Made by a program: the position numbers and the translations under genes. From contig CM007990.1 in the NCBI GenBank assembly GCA_002189035.1, forward strand, positions 1,550,001 through 1,614,000: DNA of 64,000 nucleotides, given 5' to 3'. Shown one piece after another: positions 1 through 17,912 of this stretch. A model generated the notes under the pieces. That model was given only the letters and a program-made list of their open reading frames with translations, made no database searches and had not been told where the DNA came from. The stretch is from Utricularia gibba (lineage: Eukaryota > Plantae > Magnoliophyta). Numbering within the stretch: the first letter of the stretch is position 1; every line of letters starts with the position of its first letter.

Positions 1-960
1 TCTTTTAAATTGTGAAAGCCTTAATTATTTGTCTATCACTCGTAACTTTTAAAACAACCTGCACAAGAAATTCTCTTCATGAATGAATGTATTATGTCAC
101 CTAAGAATGTCCTTACAAATATAAGTCAAATTCAGTTTCACTATCTTTGTTATCACCAACCTATAAACATTATTCTATGTTGCTCAACATCATCTTTGAA
201 ACATCCTCATTGCTAAAAACTCTAAATTTTAAGGAAGATTACCTTTGTCTACCTCATATGGTGGGACATGTACCTTGAGTAAATAAAGTGAGTATCATAC
301 CATTCCATCGTTTGTACAACTCATCATAGATAATATGTATTGTTAATGTATAAGATAAATGACCTTTTTCAAGTATGTTTAATGAACATGTACACTTTGA
401 AAGAAGTATGATGATGCGGGGAAATTCAGATATCTAGAAGGTTCAGCATCTTGATTGAAGATAAGTCAGGTTTATTAAAACAATAAAAGTATATCTATCA
501 CTTACTAATCTCGAGAGTGGAAGCACTTGATAACCTAATGAGCTTATGACTTACTAACACTCTACACGATGAGTTTCAATAGATACATCTTAAGATTGGG
601 TCAGAAAGTGATGTGCTCGACAAGGAGCATGTATGAGGAATAAGATATCTTAGAGGCCAACTTTCTTGAAAATGCAAAACATACTTCAAAGGCCAATGTA
701 TGTTAAAATTGTCAACTAGCCCAATAAGTAGAACAAGGAAGACCAATGAAATAAGAAAACTTATATTTTAGGATATTTATGTCATATCTTCCAAAATATA
801 CAAATCATATTTAGCACCAAATCTTCCACCAATATTTAAGAAAACAAAATAGCTAACAAGGTTTCTCTTAAAAAATGCTTATGATAATAGATGTCCATTA
901 TAATATTATGAGAGATCTTGAATTGAAAAGACAATCATCTTCTATATAGTATTCTACTAG
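1..960. mobile_element. Possible highly degenerate Ty1/copia internal remnant
   Basis: Minus strand near 245-305 reads W-x(5)-YSRYMSHHM, loosely like the copia protease motif WxLDSGxSxHM. No intact ORF, LTR pair or PBS is visible. Confidence 0.25.
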
Positions 961-1144
961 AAAGCTATGTTCTTATATTTGATGGAGCCTGAAATCGGCG
1001 AGTACCACGTGAAGGTGAGCTGAAGAGATATTTATAAATCAGCAAATAGGGAGATAACAAAATCGGTTATTCTTGGATGAAATAAGCTAGAAAGAGATCG
1101 CATAGTCCTTCTTACAGCCTGTCATTGGCGGATAAGCCAATAAG

Positions 1145-1490
1145 TGTTAGAATCGGGCTGCAGTGGTCATTTTGGAAGGGTATGAAAATTAATCGAATGT
1201 AAGAAATATCAAAACAATGGATGGTTATCTGTGAGTAGGACCACGAGTACAGCTGATTGGCACATAAAGTAGACAACACTTGCAGAATTCGATCGGATCA
1301 ACTCCACCTATAAATATAAGGAAGTTTGAGGAAAATGAGGTTGAACAGCCTACATTGGATTTGTATCCTTCTATTTTTCTCCATTAATGAAACCTATTTT
1401 TTCAACGAGTTTCATTAACTTCGTGGTTTTTTCGTCCATCGATGGTTTTCATATAAAAAATTCTGTGTTTCCACTGTTTTCACTCCAACA
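1145..1490 (+). mobile_element. Candidate solo LTR, about 346 bp
   Basis: Starts TGTTAGA and ends TCCAACA (6/7 inverted match, TG...CA), with an internal CTATAAATA. Flanking 5-mers ATAAG and ACAAC do not form a TSD. Confidence 0.35.
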
Positions 1491-3284
1491 ACAACCTAAA
1501 ACCCAAAAAACCTTAAATCGGATTCGAACAGATTGGCTCCATCGCACGTAAACCGGCCATCTATGACAAATCGATTTTCAACCACAACAATATTCATTCC
1601 AATTTTAGAAAATTTTACAATGACCCTCGTCCTCAAGGTTTTTTCTTGAGACTCAATTTTCCCTACTCTCTTAATTGAATTAGTGTATTTTTCATTATTT
1701 TCTAAACATACAAACCTAAAACCTGAAGTTGCTATTAGATTCAATATAGAAGGCGAGATTTTTTATAGCATCAGCTGAGATATGAATTAATATCTACAAA
1801 TTTAACACTTGTAGAGTTCACCTAGCACATATATCCACTTTAAGAAGCATCAGTGGTGTTGAAAGTTGTAATCTCCATTGTGATATTAGATTACATGTTA
1901 ATATGGTGGAACAAATAGCATAAGGTGCAATCATCAGTGATTAAGACTTTTTTAGGTGCATCAATTTTGACTTTGATGTATCAGACATTAATTAGTGAAA
2001 TATTTGCTTAGATACATATTAATTATGACATACAAATGATGACTATTTACCTCAAAATTGATGCTTTATTTGAGTCAGTAATATTGGTCTGACCCTCCAT
2101 CAAAGATCATGTACATATTGAAGTTATTGAAATTGTTGTCATTACAAAATACACATATTTCTAGGAATGCAGTATCCATCACTTACAAACAGAAAAAGCA
2201 ATGAGTGAATGCACAATGTTACATTATCTCATATCTTCTATTCACTCATCACTTCAATTCAAATGGAGGGAGTGGGGTACATATGAGAAAGGGGAAAATT
2301 TTTATAATTTGAATGGGTACCATTAATAATGAAAGTGAAAAAATAAAATAAAACAAGTAATATAAGAATTGTATTTTAATTTTATACTAATTTTATATTT
2401 ATTAGTATGTAAAAAATTTACTTTTTCTCTGTAATAATGATTTTATAAATATTAATTTCTTGTAATAATGATTCTTCAAACAAATTTTTAATATTTACTA
2501 GATCCTATGCTGACTTGTGTCAAGAGTTTATAAATCAAATTCTGCATGCCCCAACCCAAATCATAGAAGACAATCCCAACTTGGAAAGAACTTGCTCTCT
2601 GTACCGCTGAAGTTACCTTTTTGCTTTTAGTGTGAGGAAGAAGAAGGAGAAAGGAGTAGACTTTTAGTCCCTTCTACTAATCTAACATTTTCATTCGTTA
2701 GGCACCCAAAAGATGGAAATCTTTTGACTTTTGAATGGTGGATCATTGAATATGAAAAGTCTTGGTGGGATTGGGCTGCTAAAATGGACGGCGACGACTG
2801 TACTTGCAGTATATATAAATATTTTGGCTTGTCAAAGGCGGAGGAGGACGGGGACGTAACCGGAGACCGGTCATTTCCATTTCCCGACAAGAAGCCCCAA
2901 ACCTGCAGATAGTTTAGTTCATTTGTGTAGGAGTAATTACAAGTGGCACGTGGCGTTACCGCGATCTTGATTCTGAGCAAAACCCCATCTCAAATCTGGG
3001 ATCCTTATCCATTTCCCTTCGTTGGATTGCCTATCTTGGCCTCCGCGGCCACTAGTTTTTTAATTCTGATTTCTGAGTATTCGTTTATATTGGTCCATCT
3101 TATCCATTCTTCTTGCTCAGTTTTGGTTCCTCAGATTCTCTCTGGCCCATCGGCATCTGCAAGGGTTTGGGCTTCTGGGTGAGTGGGTGGGCGTTGTTTT
3201 CCTTGGACCCTCGATTATCGTCGCAGTGGCGAACAAACAGATTGATTGATTATACCTGCGATTGAATCGAGGGTTTTTTTTTGA

Positions 3285-5042
3285 ATGGCCTCCATTTCTG
3301 AGCTTTTTGAAAAACCCGCAGTTGGTGGGATGATTTTTGAGCTCACCGTGTTGGTGTTGCCCATTTGGGTGGCTGTTCTGGTCGGGATTTTGGTGGGTTG
3401 GGCGTGGAAGCCGAAATGGGTTAATCTGAATTTGGATGGAGAGTCTCAGAAATCAGTCATGGCATTTAAAAAGCAATGCCTTACCTGCGTTCGTTGGGTA
3501 ACAGATGCCACGATTGGGAAGGCAAATTCTTCTTCCTCTTGTGGTTCAAATGAACATTGCAGGTTGGTTCTTGACTATACAGAGATCTTTTTAGTATCTA
3601 TTACTGCACATATTTGTGAAAAGCTGAGATGATTCTTTTGATAATCAGTTCGTCTGCTACTGAGGTTGAGAAATCAAGTATCTTGAGTATTGATGATCTT
3701 AAACATCTGCACAATTTAGTCGAGAAGACGGACAACGGACCTTCTTGGATCCCCATGATGAAAAAGTCGACAAGCAACATGAGTTATCAAGCATGGAGAA
3801 GAGATCCTGAGGTCAATCCATCTTAGTTCTTTTGTTACATTGCGTGCATTGTCTTGGTAAAATCGGTTTATTGGGATACATAAGCAACTTGTTAGTATAG
3901 AAGAAATGAAATGGATTCGCTAAAGGAAGCCTTTTTTGCCATTGTGCAGACTGGGCCTCCTCAATATTACAGTAGAACTGTTTACGAAGATGCAACACCT
4001 GAAATCCTGAGAGACTTCTTCTGGGACGATGAGTTTCGATTGAAATGGGATGATATGCTTGCAAATGCGGAAGTTTTGGAGAAATGTGCCACGACTGGCT
4101 CTATGGTCGTCCGCTGGGTTCGAAAGGTTAGAGTTCGTATGCTGTGCAGTTCACTTGGATACAATACCATCAAGTCTTTCCTTTACTCATCGGTTGGTAT
4201 GGCAGTTTCCCTTCTTTTGCAGTGACAGGGAATACATCATAGGCCGTCGAATATGGGATTCCGGCCGAACCTATTACTGCGTAACCAAGGTAATAAAGCA
4301 TATGCCTTGCTTTCTTTTCTTTTTCTCTGAATGCTTTGGTACGCTACATTTTTCTGTCACGTATACTTGATCGAACTGCGATGGGAATCCAGTATCCCGA
4401 TTCTTTAGCTATTGGTTTGTTGAGGAATACTACTGCGATGCTTTTCCCCCATGATTCCAGAGTGTGCCGAGCTCGACTGTGCCTCGGCAGGATAAACCAA
4501 GGCGGGTGGATCTGTACTACTCGAGTTGGTGCATACGCGCAGGTAAGCATAGATTTCATTCCAGGGAGCTGCTTTTGAGGTGCAGTGTGGTGTGACTTGT
4601 AATGCTCTGCGATTCCTCAGTTGAATCCGAGAGAGATGGACGGATGACAGCGTGTGAAGTCCTTCTCTTCCACCACGAGGACATGGGAATCCCCTGGGAG
4701 ATCGCGAAACTGGGAGTGCGGCAGGGCATGTGGGGTGCCGTCCGGAAGATCGATCCAGGGCTGCGGGCATACCAGAAGCACCGTGCGACCGGAGATCCCC
4801 TCTCCATCAGCGCTCTCATGGCTCAGATCAACACCAAGGTCGATGTGGCCGCCTTGGAAGCCACGGATGCCACCAATGGCTCTTCTGATCAGGACTGGGA
4901 CCAGACGAAGGAGAAGCGGAGTGGCATCCCGAAACTGGCGGTTGTGGTCGGAGCGGTGGCGGTTGCTCTGACGCTGGACCGGGGGCTTCTGACCAAGGCG
5001 GTTGTTTTTGGGGTGGCCAGAAGATTCGCAGGGAGGTTGTGA
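3285..5042 (+). CDS. START/SRPBCC lipid-binding domain protein (At1g64720/CP5-like), 6 exons, about 401 aa
   Basis: GT-AG exons 3285-3562, 3649-3811, 3950-4126, 4206-4289, 4461-4542 and 4621-5042 total 1206 nt in frame. N-terminal TM segment; motifs WRRDPE-GPPQY, FFWDDEFR-KWD, FPFFCSDREY, PRRVDLYYSSW, FHHEDMGIPWEIAKLGVRQGMWG. Confidence 0.93.
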
Positions 5043-5614
5043 CGCGCGTTGTTAATGTCAAAATGAGTGTCATGTCATCCAAACGAACACTGCATCTCTG
5101 CACATTCCTGGATTCAAGTTGATCATATTCACAGGGCATCTCAGTCTACAATTTCTTCTTCGTTCCTGACTTGTAACTCACAAATCCCTAAGCCATGTAA
5201 AATTGCATCTTCCTCCTTCCTCTATGCGTATGAGCTGTTGATTGATAATAATACCCACAGCGCTTAAAAGACAAAACCAGTGACAGCAAGGTGTTGCAGC
5301 TGAAGAATGAATGAATGATCTGGAATCAACTCGACATACCCATTGGTAGTACAAGTGTTTTTTTAACAGTATCAGAATTGGGAATGCTTCGAAAAGCCTT
5401 CTTCAGCTGCAGCATCCTCTGGAGTGGAGTCAACAATCACCAGCTTCCAGGAAAATTTCAGGCCTTGCAGGGCGGGCTCACCATCAACACACTTGCCATC
5501 ATCAGATGACACAAAGGTATAGTGCTCTCGACGGACTCTTTTAATCATATGCCAAATGGTGGTTCACCTGGAACCACAGAACTTGGTACCGCTACGACAA
5601 AATTATCATACAGC

Positions 5615-10841
<5,227 letters not shown>

Positions 10842-13800
10842 GATCGATCTACCCCACACAATACACAAACAATCACGATAGGGAACGCCGAAACGGAAAT
10901 CACAATAGAAACAATCTGAAACATAAAAGGCAACCTTTAGCCAATCAGAAAAAGAACCAGATGTGAAGTATTTGGCCAACAAACACGATTCCGCCCGTGG
11001 GTACGCGGAAAACCCTAGATTTGAGGAATAATGCTTGCGCTTCGAATGCGGGACAAACGAAAAAAATTGAGGGACCAAAATCTAGAGAAAACAAGAACAC
11101 ACTTCGCCTGGGGTTTCTATTGTCAAGTCTTTTCCAATTAAAGAGTGTATCTCATTAGCCTCCATTTTTTAATTTCTTTTCAGAATACGATATTCTCTCT
11201 CTCTGTATTTTTTTTTTCAATATTCATGTAAATATCATTTATTAAAATAACACTACGTCCACTTTAAAATAATACAATAAATTCGTTAATATGATAACAA
11301 ATATTTGACCCAACTTGTACCATATATAAATCTATTCATTATTGGTTGAAATAATGATAATTGAGTCAAACTCATAAATTATTTGGCTTTTATTTTATAT
11401 AATTTCGAATTTTCTATATAATTTTGATCCATATTGAAAGAAAACAATTTTGATAAACATAAGGTGCAGTAGCTGCATGGGTGCGGCGAATCCAAAACAG
11501 ATTCATTAGGATTAATTAAAGATATATCTATTGAGAATTATATTATTTACAAATTTATCAAATTATTTCTTTATTATCTAAATTTATCCACTTTTTCTCT
11601 CATCCCACCTACCTACTACTGTTATTATTTTCTTTCATATTTCTATTACCCTCGTTTATTTTGAATATTTAATCTACACTTATTTTTATTTAATTAACCC
11701 TCATATTTCTATTATATTTATAATACATAATTTGACTCAATTTGTAAATACTATTTTTCATTTAAAATATATATTTTTCAAATAAATATATATACATGTG
11801 ATATACAATATGAAAGATATTGTAATTTTAAATATTCATTTTGAAAAAATAACAATGCAAACTTATTAGGCATTATATTTTCGAAAATTATGAGTAAATT
11901 ACCCATTTGTATGAATTCGAATTTAAAACATTTAATGTATCAAAGCAATATATGAAAGGAAATAAATCAAACATAAGATATATTAGCTTAAAAACAAAAA
12001 TAATTTGATTTCTAAATTGTGAGAAATAAATTGAACCAAACCCATAACTTTACAATTATAATGGTAGAAATGCAGAGTTAGAGGTTACTTTTATAAGATA
12101 ATGTTTAAGATTTCGAATTTGAACACTGAAATAAATGAAGAGAAGCACTGTAAAATTAAAATTATATATCTGCATTTATTTCATTGAAAAATACATTTAT
12201 ATGCTTTTATTTCCTGTCAGAGAACCATCTAGAAACATGTTTTTTTTCTAACTTTAAAAAAGTTTTCAGCTTACACTAAATTTGATTTATAAAAAAAATA
12301 ATTAGAAAAAAACCCTAGTTTAATGTTATTCAGAGTGCATTTCAAGTACCCACAGAGAAAAAACCCTAGTGTTATCATTCTAGTTAGTTTTATCATTATA
12401 TCCCCCAACTTCAAGTGTATTCAATTTCAAAGTGTTTAGATTGAGAAATATATTACCAAAACTTATGAAAATGCATGAGAAATTGAAATGCATATCACCA
12501 ACTCCAAAATTGAATATGGAATTAAGAATTTAAATGATATACTTTTACATATATAGATATCTCCTAATTTAACTAATTAAAGTGGATACTATACAAATGC
12601 AATTCTACCACGAGCAAGTTATAGAGGCCCATTATCACCAGCTCAATCCGAAATTGTTTGGGCCAACACAGTAATACTCTTATTTTCTTTAATTAATAAA
12701 GTGTGCATGTTTTTATAAGAAAATAAAATTTATTCATTAATGAGCTTGGGCTTGGGCCGGCCCTCACAAATTTTTCTTTATTTTCTAACACATGGATCTG
12801 TCTTAGAGGGCTTCTCAAGTTTTGATCTTTATCCAACAATACATAAAGGCCTAGAATAACGCCTAACATTCATACAACCATTACAAAACTCATACAATAC
12901 ATCATGAGGGATGGAGAATGTCATTGAAAAAATTAGGAGAAAGAAGAAGAATAATAATATATTATTATAATAATAACTGCATTTTTCATGTTTGTAAAAG
13001 AATTCCAAAAAAATGTACAAAATATGGCTTTATGAAAAATTTGGCCTCAGAATTTTTTACAAGTGCAGTAGATAAAAATAATAATCAATCTCATCTAGTA
13101 AAAATAGATAAAAAAATAGGTATGGTTTGATAATGTGGATTAATTAATTATATGTAATATTTAAACATGTAAAATTATTTTAATATTAAATAAAAATAGA
13201 TGTAAAAAGTTTAATTTTAACTTTATCTAGTGTAACTTTAAAAATATTTTAATGGAATTATAAAGAAAACTAATTTGTATTTTGTGAATAAATGATTTTT
13301 TTAAAAAAATAAGTAGTATTCTGAAAATTGCTCAAAATTTATTTTTACTTTTTGAAAAGTAAAAAAAAATATAATGATAGAAGTAGAAATAAAATTGAAT
13401 GTTCTGAAAAATGATTTTTTCAAAAATATACTGAAAAATAACAGGTAATCTATTTTAATTTTAATTTGTATTTGGCATAAATTCATATTTTCTAAAAGTA
13501 AAAACACATTATGTTGCATTCTAAAATTATTTTTTTCTTTTATAAAATTAAAAATAGACTTTAAAAATTTTCAGAATACATTATAAATAGATTCAAAAAT
13601 CAATTGTGACAATGGATTATTGCATGCTAAAATCTTTTTAGTTATGTTAATTAAAAAATAAATGTTGATACATTTTCATTTATTTTATTTTTTAACTTTA
13701 TTGGAGAGTTAATGGAAACAAATAAATCAGAGTTAATGGGACGGGTCAAAGGGGTAGCCATGGTAAAAGAACAGTAGATCTTGAGTAAATAGGGTGAAAA

Positions 13801-14018
13801 AAACAGATGAAATTACCGTTTTAGAAAACAAAAAAAGTAACGGTCAAAACACAGGTTAGTCATACGTGGGGCAACAGAGTAATTTCCAAAACAAACAGCT
13901 GTCAGATAATAACAGATTAGGGTAAAAAACCACGGATCCTCCGCATTCCGTTCAACCCGACCCTTACCCACAACCAGAAAAAGTAAACCCGCTGACACTT
14001 CCCCCCGACCCGTCATCA

Positions 14019-15264
14019 TCATCTCTTCACTGCGGCGCTGCTACTGCTACTGCTACTATTACTCCGAAACCCATTAACAAGACCCAACGCTTCGCCTAAA
14101 GGTCCCCCAGGAGCTGAATTCCCCCACTTATCCAAACCCAGCTCCACATTTTGGTCTTGATTTTGCACATAAGTGTCTTGGTGGTGGAATATGTTTTCAC
14201 CGGGAGTGGAGAGTGTCAGGGACGAGCAGGGTGAAAATTTACTCCTTTGGGTCTCTGTAGCTGTTGCCCAGGAGAAGAAACATCTGGATTTTGTTCTTTC
14301 ACTACTACCCTTTTGACCGGTTGATGATTCCTCTGGGTTTTGTTGTTGTTGTTGTTGTTTATCTGCAACCTCTGTCTTCATCTGTAATATTGATGCTGCA
14401 ATCCCAGAAACCTGATGGCTGCAAATGTAAACAGCGACTTTAAAACTTCCGAACTGCAAATGAATAGGAAAAATATGTAGTACCTGGTTTTGGGTGTAAC
14501 TTCCACATGCTTTCTTGAACGAGGTCTGTTTTTATGAGCATGGCGCTCGCAGTATTTCTGATCAGGAGCAACATCTCTAGAGCATCTCCATTTTTTCCCA
14601 TCCGTTCTTTTGCATCTCCACGGCTCTGGGTCTGATCTTACTGACGAAAACCCCAAATCAACACCTGATTTTGGTCGTGACACAAGCACGTTTGTAAGCA
14701 CAAAACCATATCCTATGCAAATAAAACCAAGGTAATAACTCAGAAGAAACTTGGGAGGAGCTACTGTTAGATTGGGATGTGATTCTTGGCGCATGAAGAA
14801 GAAGCTCAGGAGGAACAGGTATTGAAGACATCATGTACTTGTGGATAATGCTCTGCCTCTCCAATTCCTGCAACTGTGAAGCGGTGAAAAGGGATTTTCC
14901 ATACGAAGTTCCTGCAGTGAAACCAAGTTAAAAAACAGCATCCCATTTCCCCAAATCCAAAAAGAAATAAAAAATCCAACTGGGGTTGTGAAATGCAAAC
15001 CGGAAGCCCTAATCCCATTACTGCCAAAGAGACAACTAAAACGAGGAGGCATCTGCTGAGCAGAAGAATCATACAGAAACTGATTTTCATTTACTCCACC
15101 TGCACATTTTTTCGAAGAAGATTACAAGCTGTGAAGAAAAATAAAACTCCCACAAGAACAATGTACAGAAAGAGATGCTGACGGTGAAGAATGAAATCAG
15201 ACTGCAGCATTCTGAAACCCAGAGGCGTGAAGGAGGGAGAGGTAACTTCATTGGCGTCGCTCAT
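14019..15264 (-). CDS. GRF: Growth-regulating factor (QLQ + WRC; GRF7/8-like), 5 exons, about 302 aa
   Basis: Exons 15264-15183, 15099-15001, 14911-14765, 14664-14484 and 14418-14019 total 909 nt in frame. QLQ ([21 protein letters not shown]), WRC ([22 protein letters not shown]) and C-terminal GGPLGEAL. Exon 1 and the exon 3 donor are less certain. Confidence 0.92.
14501..14521 (-). promoter_or_regulatory. miR396 target site in GRF mRNA
   Basis: Minus strand CGTTCAAGAAAGCATGTGGAA encodes RSRKHVE at the end of WRC, the canonical position, and is complementary to miR396 with the usual single bulge. Confidence 0.92.
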
Positions 15265-16985
15265 AGCTGCTGTGGAGTTGCAGGCTTGCGAAATGAATGG
15301 AAACTCTCAAGAATGAAGCGGCACTGTGCAGTGCGCGAGAAGGGCCTGAAACCAGTAAAGGGGCAAGCGGAGTAAAGTAAAACAAATGCATTCTTTCCTT
15401 CTTACCGAACAACATATATTTTGGAATTATGTTTTTTGTTGCATCTGCGGTTTTGCGTTTTGTAATGAGTGGCAAAAAAAGTAGAATATTGGCCTCAGGA
15501 GCTCCACATAAAACTGGATGATTCTCATGGGCCATGATTGGTCGGGGAGCCACCCTACTTTTTTTTACAATATCTCCACATTTTGAATATAATTTATTTA
15601 ATTTATAGTTTGCAAAAAATGAGAAGAGAATAAATATTTATCCACTAGATATTGTTTGTGTGTTTCTAGTATTTATTAACCTAATATTAAATGACTTGTA
15701 TTTTGAAAAAAAAAACAATTAATGAGAAAAATAAGATGATATTCTAAAAAAAATAAAAAATTGAAAATATTCCTACATTGGGAAAAAAAATTATACCAAG
15801 GAAAATAAGGTTTACAAAGAATTACAAGGACTCTCCAAAGTTGGTCCTCCAATAACTTGAAGATATCCTTCTTACAATATATTAAAATATGTGATACTTA
15901 ATATAATTTATTATTTTGATCATATCTTTTGAATAAAATATATTATCGACCTTGGATAATATGAAAGAATGCCAACATAATATTTGTCTCATTCTATTGA
16001 AGTGACTATCTGATTGCTAGACTCATTCTTCGCAAATAGGGCCTCTTTTATAAAAAAAAAAGTCTACTATTTCACTTATGTATTATATTTTTATTAAAAG
16101 GGAAAATGACCAAAAACACAACACCACTTTTGTCAAATTAACTCGGTCATTAAGAGCATTGGGCGCCTTTGTTTGTGTACAGGTTACAAGAGGATAATAT
16201 AGAAAAAATGCCATTTGATTTGATTTTTTGCATTTCGCTCAAAATGTTCAAATATGGAGTGAAATGCATACCAAAGCATATTTATTTTGTTATTTTACAA
16301 ATTTTTTATAAAAGTAAGTTAAATTCTAAAAACAAGATAAAATTGCAAATAAAAATATAAAGTTAAGGTATTTACTTCATTTAGCACCTTTGGTTTACAA
16401 GGGCCTCAGCCGGAGCCGTCCCGAGGAGGCTGATGAGTCCTGGGATGGAGGCAAAGGTGCAGCTGTCCTACGGGTAGCGTACAGCGGGTAGGGCCGGCAG
16501 CCAGCTGCCCGCTACTATCAAATCGAGCAGCACTTTCTCCTTATGGCTGAGTTGGTGAAATAAATTTGGGTTTGTAAAATTTATCTTTGGGTAGAGTTGA
16601 TAAAATATATTTTCATGTATTTATATATTTTTTAATTTTTTTTGTTTAATATTGATATAAATTAATGTTTTGTATTGATTGGAGGTGCATTATCTATTCG
16701 ACTAAAAAAATCAATGTTTTAAAAACCATCTAATTCTTCATGAATGTATCCTTTATTTTACTCCTGATAAGTTTTATGCATCTACATGTTTCTATTCAAG
16801 TATCCATTTATTTCTAAGCATTAATTATATTCAATAAATAAAAATAGTATGTCTAAAATGTATTTTACAAATTGAAAATACAAAATGATGCATTTAACAA
16901 AATTTATCTTCTCATTCTTATTCTTCTATATGCAAGCAAACATCGGTTAAATCTGATTTTTTTAACCAATCAATAAGAGTACAAA

Positions 16986-17184
16986 GAATGTGTTTTGGTA
17001 TATCTTGAATAAAATGGGTATATGAAGAATGAGATATATAATAATATAATTTTATCTCAACTCTTAACTTTCCATTATTCTATCCTATATTCATGGTATA
17101 AATTATATAAACGCACCTACCAAACATAATGTTTTTCTTTTCTCATTTAATTATTCACCTTTATAATTTCTACCAAACACACTC
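16986..17184. mobile_element. Tourist-like MITE, degenerate
   Basis: Termini GAATGTGTTTTGGTA and TACCAAACACACTC are imperfectly inverted, the interior is AT-rich and both flanks are AAA (a decayed TAA is possible). Confidence 0.4.
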
Positions 17185-17758
17185 AAAAGGAATACTCATT
17201 TCTCGATTTCTTTAAAAAAAGAATTCAAGTGGATGGAGGTTTTACCTCTACTTTCCGTCGAGATTGTTAGTTAATGAAATCAAATCTTACCTGAATATTT
17301 TGTAATCGTAATAGATATCAATTATAATATGTGAAAATAATGCATATCTGGATTATTATTAATAATTTTTTATTCTTAAAATATATTAAAAATTAATAAC
17401 AAATGAACTTCACTCTAACTCACTCTTACATACTACAAGAGAAGGTTTTCAAATATCCGCTTGATAAAGACATGAAATTTTATTATAGTTTAAGACTCAT
17501 GCATTTAGGGGCTGTAATTTGAATTATGTTTCATATAATATAAAATAGAATGAGTTTTAAATTATGTATTTTAAAATGTTTGATATTGTAAAATTGTTTT
17601 GTGAGATAACATAAAATTATATTATAAAATTTAATAAAATAAAATATATATTGTAAACTTTAATATATCAAATTATTATATTATTGAATGTTATGATATA
17701 AATGTATTTTTAAATTACATTTGAATTTGATTTTTTTTATTATGTAAGTAGATATTCC

Positions 17759-17769
17759 ATCCCACATCG
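17759..17769 (+). promoter_or_regulatory. Plant snRNA upstream sequence element (USE)
   Basis: ATCCCACATCG is an exact match to RTCCCACATCG, but lies only 11 nt upstream of the U11-like sequence with no TATA between them. Confidence 0.6.
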
Positions 17770-17780
17770 GCATGTGACGC

Positions 17781-17912
17781 AAAAAAGGGCACCGGGTTGA
17801 TTGGATAGATGCGGTTGAGGTGGATCTCTTGGCTCCATCGTGTGTAGTAGCGGCTTACTCGATTCAAGCCTGTGGTGGGCGGTAGTGTTTTCGTGTCAGG
17901 TTTGAATTAAAA
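17781..17912 (+). ncRNA. U11: Probable U11 snRNA pseudogene (minor spliceosome)
   Basis: Begins AAAAAAGGGCACC (U11-type 5' end). Three foldable hairpins: CCG/TGG, GGTTGAG/CTTGGCT and GGCTT/AAGCC around a TCAAG motif. Degenerate Sm-like site TAGTGTTTTCG, length about 130-135 nt, USE upstream and AGTGGAA (3' box AGTNNAA) at 17915-17921. Identified from memory of U11 architecture. Confidence 0.55.

Noticed and set aside
2500-3182. Small ORFs or a snoRNA/U6-like RNA upstream of START
   Set aside because: No recognisable domain, no paired C/D boxes and no USE; the ACAGAGA match is isolated. Treated as promoter or leader.
4336-4460. Alternative START exon suggested by GIQYP in intron 4
   Set aside because: No AG acceptor precedes it, and the true exon (SVPSSTVPRQDKPRR) starts at 4461 in frame.
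13813-14022. 69-aa ORF overlapping the GRF stop
   Set aside because: The ATG arises from the TGA run and the product has no recognisable features.
16410-16465. Hammerhead ribozyme or retrozyme suggested by CTGATGAGTCC
   Set aside because: No GAAA after stem II (reads GGAGGCAAA), stem I is only about 2 bp and stem III does not pair.
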